NCBI GenBank assembly: GCA_043812915.1
Contig: JBDRLQ010000016.1
Coordinates: forward strand, 49,909 to 113,908
DNA from: Candidatus Micrarchaeota archaeon
GTDB taxonomy: Archaea > Micrarchaeota > Micrarchaeia > Anstonellales > Bilamarchaeaceae
Direction: 5' to 3'
DNA length: 64,000 nucleotides
Part shown: piece after piece, positions 60,427 to 64,000 of the stretch
Layout of the letters: every line of letters begins with the position of its first letter
Numbering within the stretch: the stretch's first letter is position 1
Notes under the pieces: generated by a model
What the model saw: only the letters and a program-made list of their open reading frames with translations
The model's database searches: none
What the model was told of the DNA's origin: nothing
Position numbers and translations under genes: made by a program

Positions 60427-60750
60427 CAGGTCAGGTGGAAGGCTCCTACTACTCCCGGCCCTGCCAGCCCATTGTATCTTTTCACAGCCTCAGCTGTCCG
60501 GAGCTCGATTAGCGCGATACCTTTCTTGGAGCAGAACCTCCGCACTTCCTCATCCACTTTCATAACTCCGTCATGGCCGGTGCCAACTACCAGGGTTTTC
60601 TGCGAACACTTCCCCCAGGTCGGCCAGCTGCAGCCTGTGGCCTTCTTTCAGCCACCAGCCGCCTTTTAGCCTGCCCGGGAAAACAATGACATCTTTGGTG
60701 TATCCCTTCCAGTCGATTGTTATCCTTCCGAAGCTGTAGGCCTCAGTCAT
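60423..60750 (-). pseudogene. Mth938/AAMDC-like protein, frameshifted near 60590
   Basis: MTEAYSFGRITIDWKGYTKDVIVFPG..WWLKEGHRLQLADLGEVFAENP, then VVGTGHDGVMKV...TAEAVKRYN...GAFHLTC* in another frame. Length 328 nt. Confidence 0.8.
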
Positions 60751-60781
60751 GAATAAAAATACTGCAGGTAACTATAAATGC

Positions 60782-61315
60782 ATGAAGGGGACGGTCGCAA
60801 AGCTTTATGTCATGCAGGTCAAAAATGGGGGAATCCCGGAAGAAGGCTATCATTTTCTTAGCAGGAAGGAGCGGTCGATGCTGAAAGAGGCCGGCGGGCG
60901 ATTCTTCCTGCTGCCCAAATACCGCAAAATGATTACTGTGGTCTTGGCGGGTGGGGTATTCGACATCCTGCATATCGGCCATCTCTACACTCTCAACGAA
61001 GCAAAGAAGCGCGGCGACGTTCTAATCGTCGCGGTGGCGCAGGACCGGCACATTGAGAACAAGAAAAGGAAGAAAATCCATTCCCAGGACTACCGCATGG
61101 CCATGGTCGAGTTCCTGAAGCCCGTTGACGCTGCCCTCCTTGGCCTGGACAAGCCGGAGGACATGCTCGCGCTGGTTGGGCCGGACGTCATCGTCTATGG
61201 ATATGACCAGAAGGAGTTTCTACAGCCCGAGGGCGTTGAGATTGTCAAGCTCGAGAGGCATGTGGAGGAAGGGAAGTTCAAGACAAGCAGGATACTGACT
61301 GAGCTCGGATTATGA
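60782..61315 (+). CDS. ribL: Cytidylyltransferase-family protein, archaeal FAD synthase-like
   Basis: GGVFDILHIGH, GDVLIVAVA.D, LKPVD.A and PDVIVYGYDQ; has an N-terminal extension. Confidence 0.75.
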   Translation: MKGTVAKLYVMQVKNGGIPEEGYHFLSRKERSMLKEAGGRFFLLPKYRKMITVVLAGGVFDILHIGHLYTLNEAKKRGDVLIVAVAQDRHIENKKRKKIHSQDYRMAMVEFLKPVDAALLGLDKPEDMLALVGPDVIVYGYDQKEFLQPEGVEIVKLERHVEEGKFKTSRILTELGL

Positions 61316-61325
61316 GGGTGGAACC

Positions 61326-61808
61326 ATGGAACTGAAATCGCTTGCAGTCGAGATTCCCGAAGGATGCAATGTCATTGTCGGCCACACGCATTTCATAAAG
61401 AGCGTTGAGGATCTTTACGAGGCCCTTGTTGAGAGCGGGACCGCGCTTAAGTTCGGCATCGCGTTCTGCGAGGCCTCTGGCGAAATGTTGGTCCGGAGCG
61501 ATGGCAATGATGAGGCGCTGGTGAGGCATGCGGAGAAGGAGGCCCTGAAGATTGGCGCAGGCCACTCATTCATAATATTCCTCAGGGGTGGATTCCCAAT
61601 CAATGTCCTCAACAGGGTGAAGAATGTCAGCGAGGTCTGCCGCATCTTCACCGCGACCGCCAATCCCCTCGAAGTGATATATGTGGATGCCCAATCCGGA
61701 AGGGCCATTCTCGGTGTCGTTGATGGGGGAGTCCCGAAGGCGGTTGAGACTGCGGAGGACAAGGCCAAAAGGAAGGAATTCCTGCGGAAAATCGGCTACA
61801 AGAGGTAA
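61326..61808 (+). CDS. Adenosine-specific kinase / AMP-binding family protein (DUF355-like)
   Basis: G.THFIKSVEDLYE, FGIAFCEASG, FPINVLN, ATANP and LRKIGYKR. Confidence 0.85.
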   Translation: MELKSLAVEIPEGCNVIVGHTHFIKSVEDLYEALVESGTALKFGIAFCEASGEMLVRSDGNDEALVRHAEKEALKIGAGHSFIIFLRGGFPINVLNRVKNVSEVCRIFTATANPLEVIYVDAQSGRAILGVVDGGVPKAVETAEDKAKRKEFLRKIGYKR

Positions 61809-61839
61809 ATCTTTATAAATATGGCATGAGTGTAAGTCG

Positions 61840-62235
61840 TTGGTGACCATCATGCTGCTCGGATTACTAAGATCCCGACATGCCCAGGCGGCTCCTGGGG
61901 AAGAATTGGAGGAAGAACAAAAGGCGCCACAGGCAGTCAAGTCCGAGTCGGCAGAGCAGTTCCTGTCCACCCCCAGAGCAAAATCTTTCATCAAGAAATG
62001 GGGGGATAAGAAGACGGATGGCAAGAAGGCATTCACCAAAAGGGGCATAGTTTCCCTGCTGAGGGCCCTTTTCATGATTCCCGGCCTGTCAAGCGACAAG
62101 CAGGTCATCGATTCCGGCGAAGAGCTCTTAAGCCAGCTTGGCGGCATGGACGGACTACAGGGCTTCCTTCTTGGTTGGAAGGCGAAGTCCGAGGGCCTCA
62201 TGAAAGCCGTCACCTCGTTTGTCGGCGGCGAATAG
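61840..62235 (+). CDS. Hypothetical protein
   Basis: 131-aa ORF preceded by TTTATAAA. Confidence 0.45.
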   Translation: MVTIMLLGLLRSRHAQAAPGEELEEEQKAPQAVKSESAEQFLSTPRAKSFIKKWGDKKTDGKKAFTKRGIVSLLRALFMIPGLSSDKQVIDSGEELLSQLGGMDGLQGFLLGWKAKSEGLMKAVTSFVGGE

Positions 62236-62242
62236 CATCTTT

Positions 62243-62374
62243 ATGGAAGTTAATGGTGAGTTCCAGCAATGCATAGACATGGGCATCTGCCCTGTGTGCA
62301 AAAGGAGGCTTATCCACATGGAAGGTTGTCTGGAGTGCCCCGCTTGCGGGTGGAGCCTCTGCAAAGAAGCTTAG
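62243..62374 (+). CDS. 43-aa zinc-ribbon micro-protein
   Basis: MEVNGEFQQCIDMGICPVCKRRLIHMEGCLECPACGWSLCKEA (not in the ORF track). Confidence 0.7.
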   Translation: MEVNGEFQQCIDMGICPVCKRRLIHMEGCLECPACGWSLCKEA

Positions 62375-62418
62375 AAATTTAAATCATTCCGTTTGAATTA
62401 GCTCTCGTTAATTCTTTT

Positions 62419-62492
62419 GCCTCGGTAGCTCAGTTGGTTAGAGCGGCTGACTGTTAATCAGCAGGCCGGAAGTTCAAATCCTCCCCGGGGCG
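62419..62492 (+). tRNA. tRNA-Asn (GTT), no intron, CCA not encoded
   Basis: Acceptor GCCTCGG/CCGGGGC; D arm GCTC/GAGC; anticodon arm GCTGA-CTGTTAA-TCAGC; T loop TTCAAAT; upstream TTTAAA. Confidence 0.95.
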
Positions 62493-62672
62493 TCTATTTT
62501 TCAGTATGACGCCTGCCGTAATAATTGACCATGGTTTGCAACTTTTTCATGCGAAACATGGCTTTTGCGGCTTTTTCAGGGCATTTTTAGCGCCGTCCAG
62601 CTTCAGGCATGCATCATCCTGCATCCAGGTATAAAGCGCAGCAGATGCGCGGTATAGACGGAGGCGATGTGA

Positions 62673-63890
62673 ATGCACGGCAACAAGTATGACCCGCATA
62701 ACCGGGCTGGAAGGCTTAAGACTTCCATAAGGAAGCTGAAGGAAGGGGAGTATGACGTTAACCCTGAGAATGCGAAGGTGCTTTTGGCCTTCCACAGGGA
62801 CATCATGACCGAGGGGCTGTCCACGAGCCGCGTTTCCAAGCTCATGGAAACGTTGCTTCGGATAGGCAGGATGATCGAGAAGCCTTTTGAGGATTTGACC
62901 AAGGACGACATAAAGGATTTCCTGATAGATCTGGAAGGGACGAAACTCTCGGAGTGGACAAAGCACGACTACAAGGTGGCCTTCCGGCGGCTCTTCAAGT
63001 GGATGAAGGGCGGCAATACGCAGTATCCGCCTGAAGTGAGCTGGATAAAGGTGCATGTCCGGAACCGGAATCGATTGCCGGACGAGCTGCTGAGCGAGGA
63101 GGAACTGAAAAGCATGGTAGCCCAGTGCTGCAATCCAAGGGACCGGGCCTTCCTGGAATGCCTCTTCGAGACCGGCTGCCGCATAAGCGAGCTGCTCACT
63201 GTCCAGAACAAGAATGTGAAGTTCGATGCCTACGGCGCCCTGATGGTGGTTGACGGGAAGACGGGCATGAGGAGGATAAGGATAGTGGCGTCCGTGCCTT
63301 CACTGGCCAACTGGCTGGAGCACCACCCTGTGCGGGAGGATCCCGAAGCATACATATTCGTGAAAACAAGGCACGGGACCGAGCAGCTCCCTTTCAGGTA
63401 CGAGTATGCCCTGAAGATAGTCAAGAGATGCGCTGAAAAGGCAGGCATCAGGAAGAGAATTCATCCCCACCTCTTCAGGCATTCGAGGGCTACTATTCTG
63501 GCCAACCGGCTCACCGAGGCCCAGATGAAAGAGTATTTCGGGTGGGTGCAGGCGAGCGACATGGCCGGAATCTACGTGCACATGAGCGGCCGGGATGTGG
63601 ATGATGCGATATTGAGGCTGCACGGCATAAAGGGAGAGGAGCCGGAAAAGAAGAAGGTCTTCAGGCCAGTCTCATGCGTGCGGTGCAAGTCGGAGAATTC
63701 GCCCTCCTCGCGGTTCTGCACTAAGTGTGGGTGCAGCCTTGATATGAAAGTCGCGATGGAAGCCGAGGGCAAGGATAAGAGCAGGGACGAGATATTCAGC
63801 ATGCTGATGAAAGACCCGGAGTTCCAGGGGATGATATTGAAGAAGCTTGCGGAGAGCAACAAGGAAGAAACCGTGGAGGTGTTACAATGA
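62673..63890 (+). CDS. Tyrosine recombinase/integrase with C-terminal zinc ribbon
   Basis: TGCRISE, GKTG.R, HPHLFRHS, FGW and IYVH catalytic set; CVRC...CTKC. Confidence 0.93.
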   Translation: MHGNKYDPHNRAGRLKTSIRKLKEGEYDVNPENAKVLLAFHRDIMTEGLSTSRVSKLMETLLRIGRMIEKPFEDLTKDDIKDFLIDLEGTKLSEWTKHDYKVAFRRLFKWMKGGNTQYPPEVSWIKVHVRNRNRLPDELLSEEELKSMVAQCCNPRDRAFLECLFETGCRISELLTVQNKNVKFDAYGALMVVDGKTGMRRIRIVASVPSLANWLEHHPVREDPEAYIFVKTRHGTEQLPFRYEYALKIVKRCAEKAGIRKRIHPHLFRHSRATILANRLTEAQMKEYFGWVQASDMAGIYVHMSGRDVDDAILRLHGIKGEEPEKKKVFRPVSCVRCKSENSPSSRFCTKCGCSLDMKVAMEAEGKDKSRDEIFSMLMKDPEFQGMILKKLAESNKEETVEVLQ

Positions 63891-64000
63891 CCGACCAGGA
63901 GAAAATTAGACAAGGTATTTGTCCTGTCTGCGGTTCATCTTTGGTATTTCAGGAAGGCTGTATGATGTGCTATAGTTGCGGGTGGGGCGGGTGCAGCGAT
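63887..64000 (+). CDS. Zinc-ribbon micro-protein (partial), homolog of 62243-62374
   Basis: MTDQEKIRQGICPVCGSSLVFQEGCMMCYSCGWGGCSD...; GGAGGTG ribosome-binding site and ATGA overlap with the integrase stop. Confidence 0.7.
   Translation, partial: MTDQEKIRQGICPVCGSSLVFQEGCMMCYSCGWGGCSD

Larger units (their letters stand above)
62493..64000 (+). mobile_element. Left end of a probable tRNA-integrated element (continues beyond the window)
   Basis: Tyrosine integrase 180 bp downstream of tRNA-Asn; the second att site is not in the window. Confidence 0.6.

Noticed and set aside
62419..62492. Intron-containing or split tRNA
   Set aside because: A continuous 74-nt cloverleaf with no bulge-helix-bulge insertion.
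1..64000. Numerous long antisense or alternative-frame ORFs (e.g. 995-1843, 11717-12643, 42822-43973, 47050-47904, 48438-49403, 57655-58710)
   Set aside because: They overlap better-supported genes and carry no family motifs; expected shadows in GC-rich coding DNA.

Overview
Archaeal chromosome segment (TFB, topoisomerase VI A/B, aIF-2beta, aIF-1A, archaeal PGK, TATA boxes about 24 bp upstream of several start codons). A DPANN origin, possibly Micrarchaeota-like, is my inference from gene style and the Cys-rich surface proteins; it is not established. Housekeeping genes: top6B/A, topA, tfb, pgk, ahcY, dut, a frameshifted rtcB and tRNA-Asn. Energy and amino-acid genes: a compact group 4 [NiFe]-hydrogenase operon with HycI, a half-size antiporter subunit and an unlisted 39-aa micro-subunit; gadCB; carbamate kinase divergent from a COG2403 (arginine synthetase ArcE-like) gene; an aldehyde dehydrogenase and a class III aminotransferase. 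Surface genes: a large beta-helix protein, three lipoproteins with about 25 copies of a six-Cys CxD(S/T)DGG repeat (two with Kazal domains), a zincin lipoprotein and a MacB/LolCDE-type ABC system. Mobile DNA: an ISL3-family IS and a tyrosine-integrase element beginning at tRNA-Asn. The most striking locus is 16.7-24.8 kb. There, a 1598-aa single-pass membrane protein of unknown family precedes a 904-aa lipoprotein with lytic-transglycosylase (SLT) motifs, which is followed by a decayed orphan copy of its own C-terminus. This is a candidate cell-wall-targeting or host-interaction module. No CRISPR array, rRNA or reverse transcriptase was seen. All family calls come from motif recognition by eye; no searches were run.
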